In this document: positions 1 through 8,198 of the stretch, piece after piece | Numbering within the stretch: position 1 is the stretch's first letter | Layout of the letters: each line of letters starts with the position of its first letter | Source: Candidatus Micrarchaeia archaeon | Lineage (GTDB): Archaea; Micrarchaeota; Micrarchaeia; Burarchaeales; JAVZCV01 | Assembly: GCA_038874215.1 (NCBI GenBank) | Contig: JAVZCV010000024.1 | Span: 1 to 18,453, forward strand | Direction of reading: 5' to 3' | DNA length: 18,453 nt | Notes under the pieces: model-generated | Databases searched by the model: none | The model's input: only the letters and a program-made list of their open reading frames with translations | Told to the model about the DNA's origin: nothing | Translations under genes and position numbers: made by a program

Positions 1-1
1 C

Positions 2-793
2 ATATGCGCCATACAGTTCCTTCTTATTTTCGCATGGGAAAATTGATCCCTCGGCGATAAAAATCTTTGCAGGCTTTACCTTTTCCTTTGCATATATGTT
101 TTCAGAACGCCCCTCGCGCATAATGAGCTTGTAGTAGGCTGAGCATTTGCTCTTGTAGTATTCTGCCTCGTCTTGGGTTGGAATGTATAAAGATAGATTA
201 ATGAACTGATTCCCAGATTGTGGTAAATCCACATCGCCTATTTCCAATTCAAAAAAGCAGCCACCAGAAGTTTTATCGCGCAATATTCCGTCGTCAGCAA
301 GCAGTCTTAACGCAGCCTCTATTTTTTTATCATCGCCCTTGTATAATACCACAAGACTAATGTCGCTGTTCCAGTATATCTTCGTTGAGAAAAACAGGTT
401 TTCTGATTGCAAGAACTCTCTGTTCGGCATGTTGTGAGGGACTGCTACAAATTTGTACGGTTCGGATAAGAATATATCCTCAATCGTATCCTCGTCTATC
501 TCATGCAGTTTTGGGATAGCATCCGCCCTTATGAACTGTTGCTTCCTGATTTTCTTTTCAAGCCCTTCGGGCGCATTGTATATCGGCGGATTTGTGAAGG
601 GCACATATAAGGCGTCATCCATCATTGGGATCGTTGATGAGACATGGATTTTTTTCTCTTCAAGAAGCGCGCTAAGCTCATCGTTACCGTATATGTGTCG
701 TATCCCGTAGCATACCGCCCCAAAAAGTGTGTCTGAGTGAATCACTGGGGAATCGGCAGATACTACTACATTCATCATTATTGCCGCTTTCAC
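2..793 (-). CDS. csm4: Type III-A CRISPR RAMP protein Csm4 (Cas5 family), 3' end runs off the window; absent from the ORF track
   Basis: Manual translation of the minus strand from GTG at 793, overlapping the csm3 stop (GTGA), has no stop to position 2: MKAAIMMNVVVSADSPVIHSDTLFGAVCYGIRHIYG...VPHNMPNR...NLFF...IEAALRLLADDGILRDKTSGG...INLSLYIP...YKLIMREG...FIAEGSIFP. HSDTLFGA, LSLYIP and EGSIF are Csm4 motifs, and the position after csm3 fits. Confidence 0.9.
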   Translation of the reverse strand, partial: MKAAIMMNVVVSADSPVIHSDTLFGAVCYGIRHIYGNDELSALLEEKKIHVSSTIPMMDDALYVPFTNPPIYNAPEGLEKKIRKQQFIRADAIPKLHEIDEDTIEDIFLSEPYKFVAVPHNMPNREFLQSENLFFSTKIYWNSDISLVVLYKGDDKKIEAALRLLADDGILRDKTSGGCFFELEIGDVDLPQSGNQFINLSLYIPTQDEAEYYKSKCSAYYKLIMREGRSENIYAKEKVKPAKIFIAEGSIFPCENKKELYGAY

Positions 794-1542
794 GCATTCA
801 CCAACTTTATCATTTCAGATGATTTAGCCTCAGCTTCACTAAGATTTTTTGCAGATACTGTCCCCCCCTGTTTTTCGCCTGTTTCGTACGATGCCGCGGG
901 CCTCCAGCTTACTTGTATATTCTCAAAGTGGACTTTCCCGTATCCACGAGTTCCCGATCCGCCAAGGTAGTCGTCTTCTAATTGCTTCATTGCTTTGAAG
1001 AAATTGTGAATCAGGAATTCTTCGTTTTTGCGTTTATCTCCTCCTATCTCTTCGCCTTCCCACACACTTATTATGAATTCGGTCTCGAATTTTGTCCCTG
1101 GAATCACACGCTCTTGGTCTCGCAGGTTTGAAGATGTTCCACTCCATCTGTCTATAGTGTTCTCCATCTTTATTTCAACATATTCCTTCTTTTTAAGATA
1201 CTCATCTTCAACAACCTTCGCATCCCTAACTATCAGGTGAGGCTTAATCTTCTTATCTTCTCCATGCGGGCCGAAAAGAACGCAGACAGGACAACTTGAA
1301 CTACTGCATTTGCAAGGCTCGGACCCAGACACCCCTTTAAGTTCTTCAAGAAGTGAGCGCATTTTTCCCTTCAATGATGAGCCAGGTATGTATGGCATGT
1401 TAGTCAGCGCATCCTTTATCACAGGGTTGTCAACATCCCCTATGTTGTAGCTGTCTTTATTGCCCCCTATATGCAAACCCGTATCGCACACGAGGGTAGC
1501 AGTTATAAAAAACTTGCCTTTTAGCTTTTTTGTTTCACTCAT
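790..1542 (-). CDS. csm3: Type III-A CRISPR backbone RNase Csm3 (Cas7 family)
   Basis: TGLHIGG...IGDVDNPVIKD (catalytic Asp present)...PYIPGSSLKGKMRSLLE, Cys cluster CKC-x4-CPVC, ENTIDR, ERV, and G-rich loop YLGGSGTRGYGKV. Start moved from 1599 to ATG 1542, which follows GGAGGTGA and overlaps the csm2 end. Confidence 0.97.
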   Translation of the reverse strand: MSETKKLKGKFFITATLVCDTGLHIGGNKDSYNIGDVDNPVIKDALTNMPYIPGSSLKGKMRSLLEELKGVSGSEPCKCSSSSCPVCVLFGPHGEDKKIKPHLIVRDAKVVEDEYLKKKEYVEIKMENTIDRWSGTSSNLRDQERVIPGTKFETEFIISVWEGEEIGGDKRKNEEFLIHNFFKAMKQLEDDYLGGSGTRGYGKVHFENIQVSWRPAASYETGEKQGGTVSAKNLSEAEAKSSEMIKLVNA

Positions 1543-2017
1543 TCTTATCACCTCCCGAATCCCCATAATATCTTTCATAGGCGACAAGCGCCTCAACAAA
1601 AGTTCTTAATTTTTCATAAGACTCATCATCGTTCTTCCCGATTACTTTATCAACGAAGCGTAGCATGCAATCAACAAGCGGTTTATTCTCTTTTTTCCTG
1701 CACATATACGCTATTTTTGGTTTTGCGAGAATGAGCTGTCTTTTTATTCCACCTGTCCCAGATTTGGTTTTCAGGGCGTCGTGTATGATGTTGAAAAGAT
1801 TTCGTATTTGGGTACGCGTTGTTCCCCTTTCCTCCCCTTTTCTGCGAGGCAAAGACTTCACAATTTCCTCTGCATCTCTAACAATTTCTTCAGGAGTTAT
1901 GGAAGAAAGGTCCCTATTGCTCAACTTTTGATTGAAATTATTGATCGCTCTATTCTCCTCGCTCCTATTTCTTTGCTCCTGCGATCCTATACCTCTATAC
2001 CCTTTACCATCCATCAT
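1535..2017 (-). CDS. csm2: Type III-A small subunit Csm2 (Cas11)
   Basis: TQIRNLF, LAKPKIAY and FVEALVAY motifs. Lies between cas10 and csm3, with an ATGA overlap with the cas10 stop and SD GGAGGTGA. Confidence 0.95.
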   Translation of the reverse strand: MMDGKGYRGIGSQEQRNRSEENRAINNFNQKLSNRDLSSITPEEIVRDAEEIVKSLPRRKGEERGTTRTQIRNLFNIIHDALKTKSGTGGIKRQLILAKPKIAYMCRKKENKPLVDCMLRFVDKVIGKNDDESYEKLRTFVEALVAYERYYGDSGGDKNE

Positions 2018-4368
2018 TTCACCTCCCCTTTATTTTTTTCTAACGCACGATACATGAGCGCAAGAGCGATTGCAAGCTCTGAGTTCCTTTTGTTTATTAT
2101 TTTTTCAAACAAATTGGCAAGCTTCTCGTTCATTGATTTATCCTTGCCCATGCGCCTTCCGAAGATATACCTAATTAACAAGACTGCTTTTGTGCGGCTA
2201 TGCCCTCCTTCCTCTTTTCTCTTTTTAGTTGAGCGCAATAGACTTAGAATTGTATAGAGAACCTGGTTTGAAAGTTTTTTTTCATCCTTTATCTCAAGCG
2301 CAAACTTTTTTAGGTCTTTAAAGTTTCCTTCATCTTCATCCCATTTCATGCCCGTCCTAAAAATACTAATTGCATTCTTTCCGCTAACAGATTTCGCCGA
2401 AATTTCCTCCTCTTTCGCTGCTGGGTGTGCTTTGTATATCGGGAACTTTGGCTTAAACACTGCTATTCCTCCAGATATCTTTAGGCCTTCTCCACTAAAT
2501 TCGTAGAGCTTTTCTCGTATCTTCTCCGCCAAATCCAACGCCCTATCCCAGCGGCTTATCAAATAGAGGTCGTCACCGCCAGAGAACACTGTATAAACAT
2601 TTCCTGCTCCTTCCTTCCCCATGATGGTGCTCACTCCTTTTGAGAAGAATAAGTCAAGCTGGTTTGAAAATGCGCTCATATCTGCGAGAATTCTGAATTT
2701 TTTGAAGAAACTACCAAGGTTATCAACGTCCATTATGAGATGCCCGAGATAAGTGTCCTCTTTCCCACCTTCTGTGTCAAGCATCGCTATTTCCTCAAGA
2801 TTTTTTCCGCTGCTCATAGCATGGTATTTGTATACGAACGAAACATCGTAGCCACCTTCTACAATTTTTTTAAGAGCTTCATAGTAGTTTTTTGCGAATG
2901 GCTCAAAACTTTCGTATATATAGGCAACCACGAACAGTTTCTTTCCCCTGTTGCGTTCCATAGCTGCACGAAGGTCTGTTGTGAGTATGGCATTCGTTTT
3001 TCCTAACGTTTTAAGTACATGGCATCTTTCCTCCTTCTCCTCTATCCTAGAATCTGAGATAATGAGATAAACAGGAGAAGTTCCACTTATACTTTTTCCT
3101 ATCTTATCGCTCCTATCGCATAACTCGCAAATATTGCCTTGTTCAATTCCGGCCTCGCAATAATCACATACAGCACCGCTTCCACCTTTTTCTGGTTTTT
3201 GCCATTCTCCAAGTTTATCAAGCATGTGTAAAATCTGTTGGGTCTTCTTCACAGATATTTTCTTATCAAGAGGCTCAAGTACTTCCTTATAAAATTCTGT
3301 TTTCTCCCCGCTTTCGGGCTTTTCAAAATCAAGCAACTTTGGGCTAAACGGCTGCGCAGCAAGCGTTAATCTGAGAACACAACCAAACGTGTCTAACATG
3401 TACTCTGAAATTTCCCTCTCTAACTTCCCCACATTCTCAACTACAGAGGGTGTATTCGGACATAGAATAACAAAATTACCCGCAGAGGAAAAAACAACCG
3501 CATCATATGTGAGATTTAGAGATAGAAGTATGTGGCGCACTACTATGTCGCAAACAACCTCTATCAAAAAAGATCTTCCACGCAACCTCTTCCCATAATC
3601 CTCCCCTTCCTTTCGCTTTGATTTCATGGAAGATAAGAAGCTCTGTATCCCTGACATATCGCCACGAAGAAGGAGAAGCGACTCGCCCTCCCATTCTTTT
3701 CCCGTTTCTTTATTATATCTATAAAGGCAAAGGCCGATCGCAGAGACGTTCTTGCAGTGGTCGTATAACGATATCTTGCATTTATCCTGCGTGAAACTTG
3801 GCACAAAAGAGCAGAATTCTCTCATAGCCATGAGCGTATTCTCAAATTTTACATCTTCGGAACATCTATGGTTGGCAATCTGCCTAAAAACATCCTCGTT
3901 TTCTTTTTTCTCCAAAGAAAAAACATCTTTATAGAACTGTTGAAGATCTGTACGTGTGGGATCGTGGTTAGATATCTTCTTCCTTGGAATCTGTTTTTCA
4001 AAAGGCGATGAAAAAAGCGTTGGGACATAGAAAATTTCTTCGTTGAAGTATGACGATAAGCCTATCTCATATCTTTGTGCTTCCTCCTCTGTTTCACCTC
4101 TTTGAGAGGCGTCGTAATGGTCCGCCTTCTCAACAATCTTCAATAATTCCGTTTCGCCTCTTTCCCTATACTTCTTATGATGCGCCCTTATGCTGTAGTA
4201 AAACTCCTCGTTGAAAATTTCTCCCGAGAAACCACACTTCCTTAGGAAATTCTCGCCCATATATCCGTGGTACGTATTAGGATCCCGAGCTCTCTGCACA
4301 AGCTTCCCGAGGTCATGAAGAAGGCATGCGAATTTCAGAGTTGTCTCCGAAAAAGTTTCAGTAGAAAT
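2014..4368 (-). CDS. cas10: Type III-A large subunit Cas10/Csm1 with HD nuclease and Palm/cyclase (GGDD) domains
   Basis: The frame extends upstream of the called GTG (4299) to include ACLLHDLGKLVQRA (HD at 4317-4312), then H..., HH, and ADHYDASQR. Also SLYDH, Palm1 GDMSGIQSFL / LRGRSF, Zn finger CDYC...CELC, and Palm2 MDVDNLG / VFSGGDDLY. Start placed at ATT 4368 (inferred, see findings). Confidence 0.95.
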   Translation of the reverse strand: MSTETFSETTLKFACLLHDLGKLVQRARDPNTYHGYMGENFLRKCGFSGEIFNEEFYYSIRAHHKKYRERGETELLKIVEKADHYDASQRGETEEEAQRYEIGLSSYFNEEIFYVPTLFSSPFEKQIPRKKISNHDPTRTDLQQFYKDVFSLEKKENEDVFRQIANHRCSEDVKFENTLMAMREFCSFVPSFTQDKCKISLYDHCKNVSAIGLCLYRYNKETGKEWEGESLLLLRGDMSGIQSFLSSMKSKRKEGEDYGKRLRGRSFLIEVVCDIVVRHILLSLNLTYDAVVFSSAGNFVILCPNTPSVVENVGKLEREISEYMLDTFGCVLRLTLAAQPFSPKLLDFEKPESGEKTEFYKEVLEPLDKKISVKKTQQILHMLDKLGEWQKPEKGGSGAVCDYCEAGIEQGNICELCDRSDKIGKSISGTSPVYLIISDSRIEEKEERCHVLKTLGKTNAILTTDLRAAMERNRGKKLFVVAYIYESFEPFAKNYYEALKKIVEGGYDVSFVYKYHAMSSGKNLEEIAMLDTEGGKEDTYLGHLIMDVDNLGSFFKKFRILADMSAFSNQLDLFFSKGVSTIMGKEGAGNVYTVFSGGDDLYLISRWDRALDLAEKIREKLYEFSGEGLKISGGIAVFKPKFPIYKAHPAAKEEEISAKSVSGKNAISIFRTGMKWDEDEGNFKDLKKFALEIKDEKKLSNQVLYTILSLLRSTKKRKEEGGHSRTKAVLLIRYIFGRRMGKDKSMNEKLANLFEKIINKRNSELAIALALMYRALEKNKGEVK

Positions 4369-4373
4369 AAAAA

Positions 4374-4424
4374 CACCTCCGATTCCAAAAGCAATATAGT
4401 CACGGGCATATATAATACTTTTTT
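4374..4424 (-). promoter_or_regulatory. Putative BRE/TATA promoter and Shine-Dalgarno of the csm operon
   Basis: Minus strand reads AAAAAAG-TA-TTATATA (4424-4409), then GGAGGTG (4380-4374) 5 nt before the in-frame ATT. Confidence 0.6.
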
Positions 4425-4479
4425 AGAACGATTTGCCACTTTTGAACACCTATTTTAATCTTACCTGAGAACTGAATCT

Positions 4480-4899
4480 GTGGATCCCGATATATTGAGT
4501 AAGCTTGATATTTTTTCATCGCATGCAAGGCCGCGCGAGGGGAAAGGCGGCGGGATAAAGCAGGTTATAGTTGTGCGGGACGATTTGAGATTGGGAAAGG
4601 GGAAGCTTGCAGCCCATGTTGCGCATGCGGCGCTTGAAGGCTATAGGCTCGTTATGAAAAAGAACCCGAATATTGTGCGTGAGTGGGAGGAGGCTGGGGA
4701 GAAGAAAATAGTTGTGCGCGTTCCCAATCTGGCAAGCATGCTCTCCCTTTTTGAGCAGGCGAAAGCAACACTACCGTGTGCGCTAATAAAGGATGCTGGG
4801 CTTACGCAGATACCCAAAGGCACGATAACATGCCTTGTTCTTGGCCCGTGGTATTCGGAAGCTATAGATAAATTCACAAAGGATTTGAAGCTTCTTTGA
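4480..4899 (+). CDS. pth2: Peptidyl-tRNA hydrolase Pth2 (archaeal/eukaryotic type)
   Basis: KQVIVVRDDLRLGKGKLAAHVAHA, W...GEKKIVV, IKDAGLTQIPKGTITCLVLGP, IDKFTKDLKLL. Start codon uncertain (GTG 4480 or TTG 4495). Confidence 0.95.
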   Translation: MDPDILSKLDIFSSHARPREGKGGGIKQVIVVRDDLRLGKGKLAAHVAHAALEGYRLVMKKNPNIVREWEEAGEKKIVVRVPNLASMLSLFEQAKATLPCALIKDAGLTQIPKGTITCLVLGPWYSEAIDKFTKDLKLL

Positions 4900-4902
4900 T
4901 TC

Positions 4903-5820
4903 CTACTGGACTGGGTCAAGCCAAAGTGAGTAGCGCTCGTCCCTTCCCTTAACTATCTCAAAGAATTTTGACTGTATGCGCTCTGTGACAGGGCCTCTTC
5001 TTCCCTCTCCTATTACCCTCCCATCAACCTCCCTTATGGGGGTTACCTCTGCTGCAGTGCCCGTGAAAAAGGCCTCGTCTGCCGTGAATATCTCCTCCCT
5101 GCTTATGCTCCTCTCAATTACGGGTATGTTCATGTCCTTCGCTATTTTTATGACAGAATCACGCGTTATTCCTGGCAGTATGCCAGAGCTGAGCGGCGGA
5201 GTTATCAGAACTTCATCCTTAACTATGAATAGGTTCTCCCCGCTTCCCTCCGCTATTTCCCCGTTTATGTTCGGGACGATTGCCTCATCATACCCATTGT
5301 TCACGGCTTCAAGCTTTGCGAGTATTGAATTGAGGTAATTGGCGCTCGCCTTCGCTTGCGGCGGGAGTATGCGCGAGTCTATCCTACACCATGATGAAAT
5401 CTTGCATCTTATCCCCTTCCTCAACCCCTCCTCGCCAAGATATGCACCCCACGGCCAAACGGCAATCGCAACATCAACAGGGCATTTTCTCGGGTCAAGC
5501 CCCATCTGCCCATACCCATAATACGCTATCGGCCGTATATAGCATTCGTTCAGCCTGTTTATTTTTATGAGCTCCTTTATTACCATGCAGAGCTCCTCAA
5601 TTCGGTACGGAATCTTCATCAGGTATATCTTCGCGCTGTTGTACATGCGCTTCATGTGGTCGTTCAGCCTGAAAACAGCAGGCCCCTTGACGGTGTTGTA
5701 GCACCGTATTCCCTCAAAAACCGCCCCACCGTAATGAAGCGCATGGGTAAGCACATGGATCTTCGCATCATCCCATTTAACAAATGAGCCGTTCATCCAT
5801 ATCTTATCAACCTTGTTCAT
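4903..5820 (-). CDS. ilvE: Branched-chain amino acid aminotransferase (class IV PLP enzyme)
   Basis: HALHYGGAVFEGIRCY, YIRP, AKASANYLNS (PLP Lys), EGSGENLF, ILPGITR, FTGTAAEVTPI. Confidence 0.97.
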   Translation of the reverse strand: MNKVDKIWMNGSFVKWDDAKIHVLTHALHYGGAVFEGIRCYNTVKGPAVFRLNDHMKRMYNSAKIYLMKIPYRIEELCMVIKELIKINRLNECYIRPIAYYGYGQMGLDPRKCPVDVAIAVWPWGAYLGEEGLRKGIRCKISSWCRIDSRILPPQAKASANYLNSILAKLEAVNNGYDEAIVPNINGEIAEGSGENLFIVKDEVLITPPLSSGILPGITRDSVIKIAKDMNIPVIERSISREEIFTADEAFFTGTAAEVTPIREVDGRVIGEGRRGPVTERIQSKFFEIVKGRDERYSLWLDPVQ

Positions 5821-5878
5821 AGCCCCACCAATTTCTTTTATATATAATGTTTTTTAAATTGCATGCCGTTTCGTAATC
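5821..5878. promoter_or_regulatory. Divergent promoter region ilvE / trpD
   Basis: 58-bp AT-rich gap containing TTTTATATATAA and TTTTTAAA. GGTGG lies before the ilvE ATG. trpD has no SD and sits about 20 nt after TTTTTAAA, so it is probably leaderless. Confidence 0.55.
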
Positions 5879-6880
5879 ATGATTTCTGAGGCAATAAAGA
5901 AGCTCGTATGTTCCGAAGAGCTCACGAGAGAAGAAGCTTACGAGTCAATGCTTGAGATATTAAGAGGTGAAGCGACCGATGCGCAGATTGCAGCCTTCCT
6001 AATCGCGCTGAGGATGAAGGGCGAAAGCCCCGTGGAGATCGCCTCTTTTGTGAGAGCGATGCGCGAGAGCTGCGTTAAAATAAGAGCGCCAGATGCAGTT
6101 GATACGTGTGGAACTGGCGGGGATTTAACAAAAACGTTCAACATAAGCACATGCTCCGCCTTCGTAATCGCAGGCGCCGGAATAAGGGTTGCGAAGCATG
6201 GGAACAGGGCTGTTACGAGCAAGGCTGGGAGCGCAGATGTGCTTGAAGCGCTTGGAGTTAAGATAGACATGCAGCCTGCAGACGTGCAGAGGTGCATTGA
6301 TGAGCTCGGAATCTGCTTCATGTTCGCACCAATATTCCACCCAGCGATGAGGCATGCCGTCAAGGTTAGGCGTGAGATTGCAATAAGGACTGTTTTCAAC
6401 ATGCTCGGCCCTCTCACAAATCCAGCAGGCGTCAAGAGGCAGGTTGTTGGCGTTTATTCATTGGAAGCACTTGACAAGGTTGCGGGTGCGCTTGCAGAAC
6501 TTGGGTGCGAGCATGCTTTCGTAGTGCATGGCGAGGAGGGAATTGACGAATGCTCTGTATGCGGAAAAACGCAAGCACGCGAAGTTGTTGATGGAAGGGT
6601 TGAGAAGCGCACGTTTTCTCCAGATGATTTTGGATTGGCGAGGCATGGGGCAGGAGCGCTATCAGGGGGAGATGCTGGGAGCAATGCAAAAGAGATAACC
6701 GCTATTTTAAAAGGCGAGCTTAAAGGCGCGAAGCTTGATGCAGTACTTGCGAACAGCGCGCTGGGCATCATCGTCGGAGGAGGAGCCGATGATTTAAGGG
6801 AAGGAGTGGCGATTGCTCGCGAGAGCATAGAGAGCGGAATGGCTCTAAAAAAATTAGAGCAGATGAGGAATTTCAGATGA
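5879..6880 (+). CDS. trpD: Anthranilate phosphoribosyltransferase
   Basis: DTCGTGGD...TFNIST, VAKHGNRAVTSKAGSADVLEALG, FAPIFHPAM, RTVFNMLGPLTNPA, VHG..GIDE. Confidence 0.97.
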   Translation: MISEAIKKLVCSEELTREEAYESMLEILRGEATDAQIAAFLIALRMKGESPVEIASFVRAMRESCVKIRAPDAVDTCGTGGDLTKTFNISTCSAFVIAGAGIRVAKHGNRAVTSKAGSADVLEALGVKIDMQPADVQRCIDELGICFMFAPIFHPAMRHAVKVRREIAIRTVFNMLGPLTNPAGVKRQVVGVYSLEALDKVAGALAELGCEHAFVVHGEEGIDECSVCGKTQAREVVDGRVEKRTFSPDDFGLARHGAGALSGGDAGSNAKEITAILKGELKGAKLDAVLANSALGIIVGGGADDLREGVAIARESIESGMALKKLEQMRNFR

Positions 6881-7644
6881 AAAAGCGAGCGGAGTATTTT
6901 CTTGATAGGATAATTCCAGATGTGAGAGAAACGATAAATTCTGGTTATTACAACGTGGCTGCACGGGAACCACTGTATAGTTTGAAAGAGGTTGTTGAGA
7001 AAGGAGCGCTCATAGCAGAGGTTAAACCCCGCTCTCCTTCCAAGGGCGTGCTTATATCAGAGGACGCTGTTCATGTTGCGCGCGAGCTCGCTTCAGCAGG
7101 TGCGGATGCGCTTTCAATCCTCACAGAGCCGAAGCACTTCAAAGGCAGGATAGACCTACTCAGAGAAGACTATGGAGTCCCGCTTCTCATGAAGGATTTC
7201 ATAATAGACGAGCGCCAGATAAGCGGAGGCGATGCGATACTGCTCATACTCTCTCTTCTTGATTTGGTAGGCAAAACCCCGAATGCCCTTATAGAATGCG
7301 CTCATGAAAAAGGGATTGAGGTTCTGCTTGAAACGCACACGCAAGAGGAATTCAGAAGAGCGATGGAAACCGATGCCGATTTGATAGGCATAAACAACAG
7401 GGATTTAAGAACGCTTCGCGTAGATATAAATACGACGATTAAGATACTTGAAAAAGAGAAGCCAGACAGGCCTGTCGTAAGCGAGAGCGGGATAGAAACA
7501 GCCGAGGATGTAGAAAGGGTTTTGAGGGCTGGGGCGAGCGCCGTTCTTGTCGGTACATCAATCTTAACTTCCAAGAATATGAAAGAGAGGTTAGGCGAAC
7601 TTAAATCACGGGTGGTTGAATGGCGCAGTGGGAGGAAACCGTGA
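6877..7644 (+). CDS. trpC: Indole-3-glycerol phosphate synthase
   Basis: IAEVKPRSPSKG, LSILTEPKHFKG, LMKDFII, LLETH, IGINNRDL, VSESGI, VLVGT. ATGA overlap with trpD. Confidence 0.95.
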   Translation: MKKRAEYFLDRIIPDVRETINSGYYNVAAREPLYSLKEVVEKGALIAEVKPRSPSKGVLISEDAVHVARELASAGADALSILTEPKHFKGRIDLLREDYGVPLLMKDFIIDERQISGGDAILLILSLLDLVGKTPNALIECAHEKGIEVLLETHTQEEFRRAMETDADLIGINNRDLRTLRVDINTTIKILEKEKPDRPVVSESGIETAEDVERVLRAGASAVLVGTSILTSKNMKERLGELKSRVVEWRSGRKP

Positions 7645-8198
7645 AGAGAACGGCGAGGAGGCTTCTTACAGACAACACGCACGACTATGGGCATACGCTC
7701 CGCGTCTGCGAGCTTGCAGAAGAGATTGCACGCAGCGAGGACGCTGATGTTGAAATAGTGAGGGCAAGCGCCCTTCTCCACGATGTTGGGTATGCGATTG
7801 ATGAAGAGAAGCACGATGAGAAGAGCGCAGAGATAGCGAGCGCTCTACTTGAAATGACGGATTTTCCGAAGGAAAAAATACCGAATGTTATTGAATGCAT
7901 ACTGAGCCACAGGTACTCAAAGGGGAAGCATGCTGTGAGCATTGAGGCTAAAATCCTCCAAGATGCGGATAGGCTTGACGCAATAGGGGCGCTCGGGGTT
8001 GCCCGCTGTTTCCTTTGGACTGGGAAGAGGGGCGGAAACCTCTCAATAGGAATAGCGCATTTCTACGATAAGCTTCTCAAGCTGAAGGACGGCATGAACA
8101 CGAAAGCAGGCAAAAAGATTGCCGAGAAGAGGCACAAGGTCATGGAGGACTTTATAAAGCAGCTTGAGGAGGAATACGGGAAAAGGCTAGGAGAATAA
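7620..8198 (+). CDS. HD-domain phosphohydrolase (YedJ/YpgQ-like)
   Basis: HDYGHTLRV, ALLHDVG, SHRYS, LQDADRLDAIGALGVAR, HFYDKLLKL...MNT..GK.IAEKRH. Overlaps trpC by 25 nt. Confidence 0.9.
   Translation: MAQWEETVKRTARRLLTDNTHDYGHTLRVCELAEEIARSEDADVEIVRASALLHDVGYAIDEEKHDEKSAEIASALLEMTDFPKEKIPNVIECILSHRYSKGKHAVSIEAKILQDADRLDAIGALGVARCFLWTGKRGGNLSIGIAHFYDKLLKLKDGMNTKAGKKIAEKRHKVMEDFIKQLEEEYGKRLGE

Noticed and set aside
1543-1599. Longer csm3 N-terminus given by the ORF track
   Set aside because: It overlaps csm2 by 65 nt; ATG 1542 has a GGAGGTGA SD and gives a normal Csm3 length.
453-3934. Plus-strand ORFs (453-710, 737-970, 1028-1240, 1665-1931, 1781-2257, 2740-3006, 3389-3598, 3752-3934) and short alternative-frame minus ORFs
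   Set aside because: Shadows of the csm genes; Ser/Phe-rich composition typical of antisense frames, no motifs.
4335-4409. 24-codon upstream ORF (MPVTILLLESEVFLFLLKLFRRQL) as a separate gene
   Set aside because: Its ATG is inside the predicted TATA box, so it is probably not transcribed; retained only as an alternative explanation for the cas10 start.
4267-4458. 63-aa plus-strand ORF
   Set aside because: Antisense to the cas10 5' end and promoter; no SD or motif.
7620-8198. HD protein as a CRISPR ancillary nuclease (Cas3''-like or signal-degrading enzyme)
   Set aside because: It is over 3 kb from cas10, on the other strand, coupled to trpC, and has ordinary YedJ/YpgQ-type motifs.
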